Positions 14,580 to 28,240 of a stretch of 64,000 bases of DNA are shown here, piece after piece. The stretch comes from Lama guanicoe (lineage: Eukaryota), in NCBI GenBank assembly GCA_013239625.1, contig MU053504.1, positions 1,242,001 through 1,306,000 on the forward strand, in the 5' to 3' direction. How positions within the stretch are numbered: the stretch's first letter is position 1; the number at the start of each line of letters is the position of its first letter. The notes beneath the pieces are model-generated. The model searched no databases. It saw only the letters and a program-made list of their open reading frames with translations, and was not told the DNA's origin. Made by a program: the position numbers and the translations under genes.

Positions 14580-16745
14580 TGGGCCATGAGGGGCTGAGAG
14601 GGGAGATGACCGCTGTTCCCCTCCTGTCCACCTCTCTGCCCTTCCCATGTGGGAGCCAGAAGGCTTGGGTTCCAGTCCTGCTGCAGTTTCTGCCCTCCTC
14701 CATAAATTTGGGCAGGTCCCTCCCCTCCTGCACCTCAGTTTCCCTGTCTGTAAAATGAGACTTAGTAATCCTTAAACTTTTGGACAATGATGGATGATGC
14801 CTCTAACACCTTCATCTCATCACCCTGGTATCTGGGAGACTGATGGACCGAGCATCACAGTAACCAGCCCTGCCACCTCCCTCCAGCCAGTTCACCATCA
14901 CCCTGGCTGACCCCTGGGCTTCCACCTGCTTCTCTCTCAACCCTTCAATGCTCTGACCACATCCAGACCCAAGAATCTCCTCCCAGCCCTAATGGAGGAC
15001 CCTGAAGTCTTCAAGCTGAACCTAAACATCCCTCACCACTCCCCTTTTACACAAAGGAGAGAGCCTGGCCCGTGGCCACGGGATGAGCTGGAGGCAAAGC
15101 TGGGGCCTGTGTGCATCCCATTTATACCATCAAAGTTTTACCCCAAAATCACATTCTTAGAAAGCACTGGGTTTGAAGTGATGGGAGAATTTCTCTCAGT
15201 AAAGACACAGGCCCAGCAACGAGGGGGCTACTGCTGCCAGAAGAAGCTGAAGACAGAGGAAGGGCCGTGAAGCCTGGTTGCACTTGGGGAGAGAGCCCCA
15301 GATCTGCTCTGGCTGTGGTCCTCAGGGATCTCACACGACCAGCCCAGCCACACCCAGTGTTTATGTACTTCTCTGGAAGCAGAACAGTGTTGGCTTTGAA
15401 AAACACCCCCAGCAGCTTACCCTACACACGATCACACTCTCAGAATCGAAACAGAACAGAGACTTATAGAACGAGGAACAGAGTGGAGGCCAACAGGCCC
15501 TGAAGGTAACTGCAGCAGACGCGGAGCCCAGCTCTGAAATGTTCTAGGCAGCGGAAGGGATTAGAGCTCATCATTTAACCTAAGTAACCCGAACAACAGC
15601 CGAACAGGCTCACCTGCGGTGAGAGGCAGAAAGCAGGTCAGGAAAATACAGACAGCCTCTGATGGACGATCCCTGTGACTAAGGCCTCAGTGAAGGCATT
15701 TCTCTGATGGTCCCACACAGCATGGGGACCGCTTGGCGAACCCAGATGAGCGGGTGCATTTAGCGAGTCAGGCGCACGGGCTGCCTGGGCTGCAGGGCTC
15801 CTCTCGAAACCAGCCGAAGATTTTGGGTGCTGATCTCACACAAGAAGAGCCGGGGGAGGTTCAGAGCTGGCAGCCATTTCCTCAAGACTGAGCAGCAGGA
15901 AGGGGCCCTGGGGGCTGAAGTCAACAGGAGGCCATCTCCTACTCTCCGTACAAAGGACACTCCTGTCAGCAGGGAGACCGAGACCCCAGACACCTCATTC
16001 TCCCGGCAAACGCCAGCTGCCTGTCTTCCTGGGGCCTGGCTGTCACAGGCTGAGCCTCCCAGGAGGGACTCCGGGATGGAACCTGGGGGGCAGGGTGTGG
16101 ATTGAGGGGTTAACCCCCATGGAAGGGATGGGGAGGAAGGAGAAGGGGCTGCAGGAGGAACTGAACCATGATGCAGGCCCCGCGACAGCCTGGGCTCAGC
16201 CGGCCGGCAGCCCTGGAGCTAGAGTGCGTGTGTTTGAAGAAGGCCAAGTCGCTGAAGGTTATGAAGGCCACCTGCCAGGTGGTTCTGTCTCCAGTTCAGC
16301 GCCCCCGCCCTCCGTCCTCTCAGCTGAGCTGAAGTCGTGCTTCACTGGGACAAAACCGGCCCCACAGGGCCTTCCAGCTCCAGCTAAAAGCAGAAGCCAC
16401 CCCCGCAGCCAATGAGGGCACCCGGGTTGGGGGTGGGACAGGTGGGGACACTGAGACAAGACAGCCAACAGGAAGGTGTGGATGGAAATGTTGCTTCGCA
16501 AGCTGCAGAGACAAATGTGCAGGTAGAGATTACCTGTCGGGGGTAGGGCAACACCTTCACGGAGGAAGGCGGAATACGTAGTTCAAGGCTGCAAAACCTT
16601 ACAGACCTGAGGCTCAGGCCTCCCCCTGCTTCCTTTGAGTCCCCTTGGTCCCTCAGTTGCTGCCATGCCCTTCGGGGAAGTTCTCGACACTGAGTTAGGT
16701 CATAATCTGGCTTTCACATGTCCGAGAAGCCTCCAAGCCTTCAGA

Positions 16746-16985
16746 ACAGGGGTGGGCAAGCGTTTACTGTCAAGAACCAGATACACAGTAAATATATGAA
16801 ATATCGGGGGATTTGCAGGCCCCGTGGTCTCTGTTCCAACTACTCCACTCTGCCTTCCTAGCGTGGAAGTGGCCAGAAACCAGGTGTAAACAAATGAGTG
16901 TGGATGCGTTGCAGTAAAATTTTATTCATGAAAACGGGCAATAGGCCAGGTTTGGCCCTCAGGTTATGGTCTGCTGACCGTGCTG
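16746..16985. mobile_element. hAT-Charlie MITE (MER58A-like)
   Basis: Starts CAGGGGTGGGCAAG, contains TGCAGTAAAATTTTATT and CAGGTTTGGCCC, ends near TGCTGACC. Confidence 0.7.
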
Positions 16986-17591
16986 TGGAGCAACGTGCTG
17001 CCTCAGCTGCTCGCTTCAGGACTGAGTTCTGACGCCAGGCTACGCCCAGCCTGGGATCAAGCCCAAACACGGACGGAGGCCAAGCCCTGAGCAAGCTCTG
17101 CAGGGGACTCTGATGAGGTTCCAGCTTGTACCCGTGACCTTAGATCAAGCCATCACTCAGAGCCACAACTGGCCAGGCAGGGTCATGACCCTGATGCAAG
17201 CATCAGCCTTGGCCTTGCACTAAGCCCTGGCTCCTGCTACACCTAAATCACAACTTGACTCAGGCCCTAGACCAAGCGCTGACCCAGCCCCAGCCAGTCC
17301 TGGCCCCAGACTGAGCTCCAGTCCTGATCTCTGATTGAGCCCGCACCCAGGCTGAGCCCTGAGCCCATACAGAGCCCTGATCTTGGTCTGAACTCCGACC
17401 CAACACTGTGCCCTGATCCAGCCTTTTTCCAAGTCCTGACCTCAATCAGAGGTTTTATTCAAAAAACTCTCTCCTTAGAAAGTTAGAATTGAAAGATTCA
17501 AGAATAACAATGGCAAATATTTATTGACCACTGCCTCTGTGCTAAACTCATTGTGTATATTATACCTCATTTAGATGAGGTTCTGTCATCC

Positions 17592-17940
17592 TGTAACACT
17601 GAGATCCACTTGGTTTTTGCTGTTTGACTTCTGACGGCTTTCAAGCCCATAAGAAAGCTATGGGCGCCCCCCCGTGGCACCTGTGGGAAGTTCAAGCCCT
17701 GGTCCTTTTGTGGGACCTCACCATGGCGCCGGCCAAAGCGCAGTGAAATGGGACTATCACCCCTCCTTGCTCTCTCAAGCCATTTTCAGACCTTCTAGGA
17801 CCCTGCCCTGCTCTCCCAAGAAAGCCTCATTATGTCACTAGTAAACCCTTTCCAACCCCCTTGATGCTTGTACAGGGTCATCAGTCTCAGATACACAAAC
17901 CAAATCTGGTGGAGGGCTCAGTCCTGCCCACCATGAGACA
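17592..17940 (+). mobile_element. ERVL-class solo LTR (LTR41-like)
   Basis: TG start and CA end; CATCAGTCTCAGATACACAAACCAAAT resembles my recollection of the LTR41 3' part; AGTAAA at about 17840. Confidence 0.55.
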
Positions 17941-20363
17941 ATAGGACACACCCCCATTTTATAGATGAGGACAGTGAAGCTCAGAAAAGTTACTCATCAT
18001 TCAGTCACTCAACATGCGTTGAGCGCACAGAGCAGTGAGAATCAACACGGATGAATTCCCTGTCCTTGGTAGAGTTGGGGAGGTAGTTCACAGAAAAATA
18101 TAAATTGTTTTTAAATATATGAAAATATAACCAGTGCCCCTTAGAGCTAAATAATATACTAATTACAACAAGAAGATGGTTTTAACTTATCAGATTGAGT
18201 AAGATCTAACACTGTAACAACACACTGTGTTGGCAAGGATTTTAGAAACAGGCACGTGTGCACACTGCTATGCATGAGGTAGGACAATACAACCAGAGGG
18301 CTATTTGGTAGATCTGTCAACGTTTTATAACTACTGTATATAAAATAGATAAACAACAAGTTTCTTCTGTATAGCACAGGGAACTATATTCAATATCTCA
18401 TAGTAACCTATAGTGAAAAAGAACATGAAAATGAATATATGTATGTGTACGTATGACTGTGTACCAGAAATTGACACATTGTAAACTAACTATACTTCAG
18501 TTTAAAAAACAGCAAAAAAAAAAATTTAAATGTAGTAACTCTACTTTTAGGAATTTATATACATAGACAAAGGTGTGGCCCCACAACTAAAGAGGGGCAG
18601 GACTGGAATCTTCCTTCTCTCCTTAAAGTATATATTATTCCTGTATGAGTATTTGTAGAAAATTAGAACAATACAAAAAATTAGGAAGAAAAAAACCAAC
18701 CCACAGTCCCAGCATCCCTGAATGATGCTGAGCCCACACACTGGCTGCTTCCTTCTTCCTGGCAGAGCAATGCTGCCTCCTGACGGATTTTTTTTTTAAG
18801 TACATTCATTATTTTACCACTTCTAATTTTTTAAGTGTATTAATTTTTTAACTAGGTAATGCACTCACACGGTTCAATATTTTGAAAATTCTAAATGATA
18901 TAGAGTAGAAACTCTCCCATCTCTTTCTGTTCCCCTTGAACTAGGGTCCTTTCTCCACAGGCAACCGAACTGGCCAATTCCTTTATATAGCCTTCCAGAG
19001 ATATTTTATGCCTACACCTGGATTGAGAGTTTCTTTTTTTTTTAACTATTTTTTAATTGAAATATAGCTAATTTACAATGTTGTGTTAGTTCCGGGTATA
19101 CAGCAAAGTGATTCAGTTACACATGTACATATATACATATCCTTTTTCAGATTCTTTTCCATTATAGGTTATTACAGGATATTGAATATAGTTCCCTGTG
19201 CTATACCATAGGTCCTTGCTCATCTGTTTTATTTATAATAGTGTGTATATGTTAATCCCAAACTCCTAAAGCATTTCTTTCTACTGCCTGCCTTTGAATC
19301 ATGAACATTCCTCCTAAAAAGTTAGAAAATCCAAAGAAAAATATTTCTACAGAAAATATTCATTACTGCCTGCTTCATTACTGAGTCATGGGAAATCAGA
19401 CATATTATGAATTCCCCAAATAGAAAGAATGGCCAAGTTGTGTTATACTAACTGGATGTGCATCCAGTAATTATTATGAAGATTTAAGTAATAACATGGA
19501 AAAGTATCTATCACAAAAGTTTATTTTTAAGAGAATACACAAAATAGGAAACAATAGAAACAAATCCCTACTTTGAAATTTAAAAAAAAACAATATATCA
19601 TTTTTCAGCTGTCAAACTAAAAAAGTATGTTTCTTCTGAATGATATTTATCAATTCTGAGAAGCATGTTGTGCAAAGTGTAGTTGTATCTGTTTTGTAAC
19701 AGAATAAATCGACTCATTTTAAGAAATTTAATTAAAACATTGACATCCTTTGACTCAGAAATTCCTTTTTTAATTATCTAAATATAGAATAATCTTTATG
19801 CAAAAATATGGTCATCACATTTTTTTGTTAATAGGAAAACTAATCTTAATGTCCAACTACTGAGAACTAATTCAGTAAACAGTAGTTTGTTCACTTAATG
19901 AGATACTAAAGTCATAATGTTTGCAAAGATTTGGGATATATTTTAATCTTAAAAGAAATAGAAAGTTGAGTATATTGTAATATCATAAAACCCAACAAGT
20001 AGACAAGGCTAACATTGCATGCTTGGAGTTTGGGGATTCTGAGTAATTTCTTTCTATAGTCATTCTTTATGAGCATTTACATAAAAAATAGTTTTAAAAG
20101 AAACAAGCAGAATCCATAAACTGTGGAATAGTATGCATGTGGGTCTGGCCAAGTACAATTTAGATTTAAAGCCAGCAGCAAACCTAATGCCTTTATTATT
20201 TCATTTAGTCCTCATAGCCACAGACCAATTTACTAAGTGAACTACTGTTATAGAGGCTTAATATGAAAACTGGAAAGGAATAAAGTCTGTAAGCAGGTCA
20301 AAACACATTAGGATTCTCCACCCAACCCTTTCACCTACAGGGACTTAGTTCTTTTAAAGATAC

Positions 20364-20871
20364 AGTGGTATATTTGTACAATGGAATATTCTACTCAGCA
20401 GTTAAAAAAAAGAATAAAATAATGCCATTTGCAGCAACATGGATGGACCTGGAGATTGTCATTCTAAGTAAGCCAGAAAGAGAAAGAAAAATACCACATG
20501 ATATCATTCATATGTGAATCTTTAAAAAAAAAAGAAGAAGAAGAAAAGAGGACAATAATGAATTCATCTACAAAACAGAAACAGACTCAGACATAATGAA
20601 CAATCCTATGGTTAACGGTGGGGAAAGGGGGTGGGAAAGGATAAATTTGGGAGTTTGAGATTTGCAAATGTTAACCACTATATATAAAAATATATTTAAA
20701 AAACAAATTTCTTCTGTATAGCACAGGGAACTATATTCAATATCTTGTAATAGTCTTTAATTAAAAATATGAAAACGAGTATATGTATATATATGTATGA
20801 CTGGGACATTATGCTGTATACCAGAAACTGACACATTGTAACTGACTATATTTCAATTAAAAAAAAAATTT
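20364..20871 (+). mobile_element. 5'-truncated LINE-1 3' end, relatively young
   Basis: GCAGCAACATGGATGGACCTGGAGATTGTCATTCTAAGT and TATAGCACAGGGAACTATATTCAATATC motifs, A tail, TSD TTTTAAAGATAC at 20352 and 20872. Related short copies at about 18330-18520 (+) and 19050-19265 (-). Confidence 0.85.
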
Positions 20872-21429
20872 TTTTAAAGATACTATGGTCAGAATGCCCT
20901 GATGTCTGATTGCAGATTTCTTTTGTTCATTCAATGGTTCTCAAAAGCAGGAGTGCCAAAGATTATTCTAGGTAGGGTTGTATACACAAGACCAAACTTC
21001 AAGAGGGTTTTAGTCAATTTTCAGGAACAGTTTTGAGCATCCAGGGTTTTTACTTTGCTGGCAACTAGGCAGTGTGTGACTCCATGTTTCTTTTTAATTG
21101 ACTATGCTTGTTGTTTGTGTGATAGAATTAAGAGGCCCTGCCTTTCAGCTCAGGCTAGGAATACAAAACCCTTCCACATCACTCCCAGCAGGTAAATGGG
21201 AAGCGAGCCAGAGGGTTGTCTCAGCCCTGCTTTGCAGTTCATGGTGCTCAGGATATGAGTTCCTGTGACATGGTCCGAGCCAGCCACTGTTTCACCAAGA
21301 GCTGCTGCCTATGTCACCTCCCTGATGTCCTTACTCCTCAGTCTTCCTCCGTGGGACTATCCTTCCCACAGTAGAAAACCCTAGTGAACTCCGTGAGAAA
21401 ACTTTTTTCCTTCTTTTTTTTTTTTTTTT

Positions 21430-23480
21430 TTTTTTGAGGTAAAATTCACATGAAATGTTACAACTCAGGAGTATTTAGTGCATTCACAATGTTGTGCGTT
21501 GTGCATAGAGAGCTGGTAATCTCTCTCTAGTTTCAAAAACTTTAATCCCTCTTAAAAATACCCCATACCCATTAAGTAATCACTCTCCATTTCCCCCATT
21601 CCATCCCCATCCCTTGGTAACCTCTAATCTGCTTTCTGTCCCTACAGTTTTACCTATCCTGGGTATTTCATATAAAAGGAATTATACATGCTCTTTTATG
21701 TCATCCAAGTAGCAGCATGTATCAATACTTCATTCCTTTTTCAGCTGCCTAACATTCCAATGAATGCATAGCCCACAATTGACCAAGCCACTCATCCACT
21801 GATGGACAGTTGGGTTGTTTTCACCTTTGGCCTATTATGAATAATGCTGCTACAAACACTTGCATACATGCTTCTATGTAGACATGTATCTTCATTTCTC
21901 TTGGATGCACACCTAGGAATGAAATTGTTGGGTCATATGGTAATTCTGTTTATCTCTTTGAGGAACTGCTAGATCATTTTACCTAGTAGCTGCAACATTT
22001 TACATTCTCACCAGCAATGCAGGAGGTTCCTATTTCTCCACATCCTCACCCACAGTTGTTTTATCCCATTTACACTATCCTTGAGTTGAAGTGGTATCTC
22101 ACAGGGGGTTTGATTTTTTTTATAGTGACCAGTGATGTTGGAATTGCTTTTCACTACTTGTCCATCTGCATAGCTTCTTTGGAGAAACCTAAAATTCCTT
22201 TGTTGGCTTTTTAATTGGACTGTTTTATCTTTTTGTAGTTTAGTTGTAAAAGGTCTTTATATAGTCTGGATATTAAACCCAAATCAGATATAAGATTTCA
22301 AAATATTTTCTCCCAGATTTTACTTTTTCACATTCTTGATGACGCAGTTCCTAATTTTGATGAAGTCCAATTTATATTTTCCTTTGTTTCTTATGTTTTG
22401 GTGTCTAAGAAACTATCACCAAACCCAAGGTCATCAAGACTTGTTTTCTTCTTGTAATTTATAGCTTTAGTTCTTAGAGGTCATTGATCCATTCTGAGTT
22501 ACTGAGTGATATAGGAAGTGAGGTAGGTGTTCAACTTCATCCTTTTGATCGTGGCTACCCACTTGTTCTAGCATCATTCGTCAGACTATCCTTTTCCTAG
22601 TGAAGGGTCTTGGCACTCGTTGCCATATATTCAAGTGTTTATCTCTGGATTCTCAATTCTATTCCACTGGTCTGTCTATCACTACGACAGTACTAGCTTC
22701 GATTACACAAGCTTTGTAGTAAGCTTTGAAATCAGAAGTGTGAGACATCGAACTTTGTTTTTTCAAGATTGTTCCTGCTATTCAGGGCCCCTTGCAGATT
22801 CACAGAATTTGAGATGAGCTTCTCCATTTCTGCAAAATAAAAGCCATTGGAATTCTGATAGGGATTGCTTTTGATCTATAGATCACTTTGGGAAGTATTG
22901 CCATTTTAACAATATTAAGTCTTCCAATCCATGAACATGAGATGTTAATCTAGGTTTTCTTTCAGGATGTTTGTAATTTTCAGAGTACAAATGGTTAAAC
23001 TGATTCTTAAGTATTTTATTCTTTTGGATGCTATTGTGAATGATTTTTTTCAGATTGTTGCTGGTGTATGAAAATACAATTAATTTGTGTGTGATCTTAC
23101 ATCCTGCAATTTTGTTGATTTCATCTATCAGCTCTAGGAGCTTTCTTATGAATTCCTTGGGGTTTTCTATATATAGGATTATGTTAAGTTTTACTTTTTC
23201 TTTTCCAATTTGGGTATCTTTTTTAATTGCTCTGGCTAGACCTCCCAGCACAATTTTGAACAGCAGCGGTGAAAGTGAGCACTCTTAACTTGTCCCTGAT
23301 CTTAAGGGTATAGTTTTCAGCGTTTCACTGTTAGCTGTTCTTTTCATAATCCCTGTGTTTATAAATTTCCCTTCTATTCCTAATTTGCTGAGTGTTTCTG
23401 AGTTGGAATTTTATCAGATGTCTTTTCTGCATCTACTGAGATGATCATGTGGCTTTTCTTGTCCTACTGACTTAGTGTAT
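21430..23480 (-). mobile_element. Old LINE-1 (L1M) fragment between the TGM6 and SNRPB 3' ends
   Basis: ORF 22883-23251(-) reads IILYIENPKEFIRKLLELIDEINKIAGCKI (RT region of ORF2p); T tract at the left end. Confidence 0.88.
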
Positions 23481-24230
23481 TTGTTTTCATGCTGATTGTT
23501 TTCCATGCAATGACTGTTTTCATGCATTGCTTTCACCTTCATATTCCTGAAGAAACACCCCCATACTAATAACACTAGTCTTTTTTAACTTAAAGTCTCC
23601 TTTGCATTTAGAATGGTCCTCCCCCTAGACAGTAATTTTAAAAGGTCCACTTTATTTCTGTATCCTTTAACCTTGATGTGCTAACTACTAGAGTACTGTT
23701 CAGTGACCATCTCATCAACTAATCAGACTTTGGGTGGAAGAAATTATGGATGTCCCACAATCCAAAAACTGGATTATATTATATGTATGCATGTGACCCT
23801 GGGAGAAAGTTATACAAAAACTGTTCTTCTTCCAATAGGATTAATTTTCATTTTTAGTATTTGCTTCATTCTTTATTGTAGAAAAATATAATCCAAAGTA
23901 CTGCTCAAGAAATTATTTAGGTAAGTGCTTTCCAAAGAGAATATACCAATTCACAATTCTCATCAGCAGGGTATGAATGTTTATTTCAACAAAATGATCT
24001 TGGCCAGTTTGACAAGTAAAAATGTCTCCCTGTAGTTCAATTTTGTAATTGTCTTGGCATGAGGCTGTACATCTCTGCAAATAATTAGTATTTTACAAGG
24101 GAAGCAACTAATATTAGGGATGATTTTTCCAAAGCAACCCTTCTTGACTGTTATTAAGTACCCAATATGTCAAAGATTTTTCTTAAAATAAACAGACATA
24201 CCAGGTGAATTCATATTATTATCTTAAGAA

Positions 24231-24236
24231 TTTATT
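24231..24236 (-). terminator. SNRPB: Polyadenylation signal AATAAA of SNRPB
   Basis: TTTATT on +, about 90 nt past the SmB' stop codon. Confidence 0.85.
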
Positions 24237-24326
24237 ATAAACTAGTTTCACAGGCCACAAGGAAGTAAAGGACTATGTACAGCCTTACGGGAAACAGGCA
24301 GGGAGCAGAGGAGGGCCAAGATGAGT

Positions 24327-24364
24327 CTAGGGCCTTGGTGGGTGCATTCCTGGGGGAGGGGGCC
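24327..24364 (-). CDS. SNRPB: SmB' isoform terminal coding segment (distal 3' acceptor)
   Basis: TTACAG acceptor; (G)PPPPGMHPPRP then TAG; gives a 240-aa protein. Confidence 0.9.
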
Positions 24365-24499
24365 CTGTAAGGGAAACCAGACAATCCGGTGAGACTCCGC
24401 GAACAACAGCATAACAAACAAACAGGTCTGTGGTAACGCAGCCCTGGGGAATTGGGCCCACGCCTCTGTGGAGCTACTTCCATAACTCTGTGGCCAAGG

Positions 24500-24510
24500 T
24501 CAAAGAAGGC
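24500..24510 (-). CDS. SNRPB: SmB isoform terminal coding segment (proximal 3' acceptor, 146 nt upstream of the SmB' acceptor)
   Basis: CTTCAG acceptor; (G)LL then TGA; gives a 231-aa protein ending MRGLL. Confidence 0.9.
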
Positions 24511-25225
24511 CTGAAGTAAGAGTAAGAAGTTTAGTCAGTGCCTGATCTGCAACTCAAATTGCCACCCTACCCCAGCCCCCTACACCCTGCAGTTACCAAG
24601 TGATCAGAGGGATATACATAGCAAATGTGCTAAATGGGGACTTCTCTGAGGCCAACTAGGTTCCTATGGTTGTAAAACCCATAAATGGAAAACCCAAACT
24701 AGAAATATAGGGGTCAGCAAGCTTGGGTTAACTTAAAGACTACGATGGCTTGCTGGAAAGAACACTGGTATGGGAGTCAGGACACTGAGCTCTCTCTGGG
24801 CCTGTTTCCTTATCTATAAAATGAGAGGGCTGATCTACATCAGCATTTCTCAAACTAGAGTTAAAGAGATACATAGTAAATAGCGCAGAGCAAAGCCCAC
24901 AGCCCCCTCCTTAAAATTACTAGACACTCCCAAGCCAAAAGGCCTAAGACAATTCCAAGACCTTTGTTAGTCACGCAATAGAATGCATTATTTCAGTGCC
25001 CTGAGAATACTGCCTTGGACACTGAGAAGCACCCTGTGTTGAGGGCTGCTCTCACTGTTCTAAGAGGGAGGTGAGGTCAGTTTGAGAAATGTTTGTTCCC
25101 TCTTTTCCTTCTGGACAAAGATGTCCTTTAAGAGTTCACTTTCCTAGGCTTAAGGCCTGAAAGTATGGTCAAAATCCAATCTCCCTACATTTCCCATCCC
25201 AACATGGCTCTAGGGAAAGAAGTCA

Positions 25226-25495
<270 letters not shown>

Positions 25496-25564
25496 CTAAC
25501 AAACTCAGACTTGAGCCAAAGAAGTGAGGCTCTTGTCCAGCTAGTTCCACAGTCAGTTAGCCAG

Positions 25565-25923
<359 letters not shown>

Positions 25924-26092
25924 TCAAATCCCCTACGGTACAACTCATGGCATGAGACTTCCTATCTAAAACTATCTGCCAGAGAAGATCAAGCTTGAAT
26001 GCTCAATTCCCATCTTCTAGGCCTAAGTTAAGGATGCGCAATCCAAATCAGAAAGGCAAACAGGACTGGTAATAAAAGGTTGTAAGAGAGTA

Positions 26093-26279
26093 CAGCTGAC
26101 CCTCGGACATGAGTTTAAACAATCGGGGTCCACTTATATGCAGATTTTCTCAATAAATACATACTACAGTATACAATCTTGGTTGAATCCACAGATACAA
26201 AGACCAACTGTAAAGTTATATGCAGATTTTGACTGCAGAGTCGGCATCCCTAACCTCTGCACTGTTCAAGGGTCAAATG
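26093..26279. mobile_element. TcMar-Tigger MITE (Tigger2/MER28-like) in SNRPB intron 4
   Basis: TA followed by CAGCTGACCCT...AGGGTCAAATG inverted termini, and internal GGGTCCACTTATATGCAGATTTT. Confidence 0.7.
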
Positions 26280-26509
26280 AATGCTTCAAATTGTTGTCAC
26301 GGGAACACTTTGCTCAAATACAGCTGGCCAAAATACTTTGTTATGCATCTCTTTAATAACATCAACATAATATATAAAAGCATGTTTTCCTTTTTGCTTA
26401 ACTCTGGGACCACATATGAAGCAGCACAGTGAAACACCGATTGCCTGACAAAGATCAGCTGGTCATTCTGGACTCCTCCCAAACTTCTGACCCTCAATCT
26501 TTTATTTTA

Positions 26510-26734
<225 letters not shown>

Positions 26735-28128
26735 CTAGAGAATCAGAAGTACATTTTGAGCCAAGAGAATTCCTCAGATTTATAGGGCATCGTAACAGCT
26801 TATAAACACTACCTACCCCTTATGTGTTAACACCATTCCTCCTCCACCCAAGATTGCATGCCTAACAGGCTAGAAGAATTTAAGAGGAAATCAAGAGAAA
26901 CATGCCACAATTCAACCTATATGCACGCCTGTGAAAATTAAACAAAGAGCCAGGGCTCCATTCAGAAGGGTGTGTACGGTAGACAAAAGCATCTGACCTG
27001 GCATCAAAGAGACATGTGGTTCAGTCCTCTCTGATTCTCACCCGGTGGGTGACAGTGGGCCAAGGACACCCACAATTCTAGGACTGTTTCCTCATCTGCA
27101 AATGATGCTGTTATGATAAAACTAGAAGGTTTACAATGGGCTACATTAGAGTAGCAAATTCTACTGGAATCAGACACCAAGAGTTATGAATAGGTACATA
27201 TGCTGTGAGCCAAAAATATGGTAACATCCCTTGCAGATATTTACATTTGGGAAAAACTTCAATGTAAGTGTCCAAAAAGAAGAAATAGCTAAGATAAAAT
27301 ACTCTATACTCACTTAAGAGAGTATTTTTAAGTCATTTATATAACTTTTTAAAAGTATACAGCAACTGGAAAAACTTTACAATGTTAAGTGAAAAAGCAG
27401 AACGACATATTACATACATATTACACATTAAGTAAAAAAAAAACCCAACATATATGTGGACAAAAATAAAAACAAGAGGATTATTCCTTTAATGTCTTCA
27501 AATGAAAAACGGAAAACAAACTTGGTTCGATTCTCTAAAGCCTCTACTATTTCTAAATGTAGGCTCACATTAATGAACTAAGATTGCCTGGAATCAGATG
27601 CCAGTTTTACCACTTACTTGTTGTGACATCTTGGGCACATTACTAAACATCAGTTTGTATTATCTATAAAGTGGGAATGGTTCATCTCAAAAGATTGTTA
27701 CACGGATTAAATAACATACTGAAGAGCAGATGCTCAATAAACGTTAAGTATTATTCTATAACTATACTATATATATTCTGTTTGGAGTTATAACTTTTTA
27801 AGGTCCAACTAGACTGTCATCACATTTAACAAATGACCCAGATGGCCTTAGGTGCCTCTTCTAATGACTCACTATGTATATTAACAACTTAGGAAGAAGG
27901 GAGGGCTTTAAAGTTAGAAATCCTCAAATTCTAGTTCCTCATCTCTACTTCTTACTTGCAAGGTAGACTTTTTAAGATTTCTTTTTTTCAATCTGTAAAA
28001 GGGGAACAAAAACCAGAGGATGCCTGTGAGTACAGCGATGAGAGAGCCCCGCACAGAGCCTGGCTCAGGATGGGGCCGCCTTTGCACAAGGCTCCCTGGC
28101 CCTGTGCTGGCTCTCTGCTCTGACTTAC

Positions 28129-28240
28129 ATCTTTGGGAGGTGGTCCCTCTACTGTCATCGAGACCAGGTTCTCCCCTCGAAGTAGCACCAGACCAAGGAC
28201 TCGCTTTTCTTCTCTTTCTGCTTGTTTTGAGTTCTTTGGT
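28129..28240 (-). CDS. SNRPB: SNRPB exon 3 (112 bp), Sm2 motif
   Basis: CTTTAG acceptor, GTAAGT donor; [37 protein letters not shown]. Confidence 0.97.

Noticed and set aside
14580..15250. TGM6 polyadenylation site
   Set aside because: I found no canonical AATAAA close to the stop codon, only variants such as AGTAAA at about 15198, so it cannot be placed without transcript data.
17220..17445. Degenerate 6-nt periodic tract (CTGAGC/CCTGAC-like) with Gly/Ala-rich ORFs
   Set aside because: Low-complexity simple repeat with no splice or coding support.
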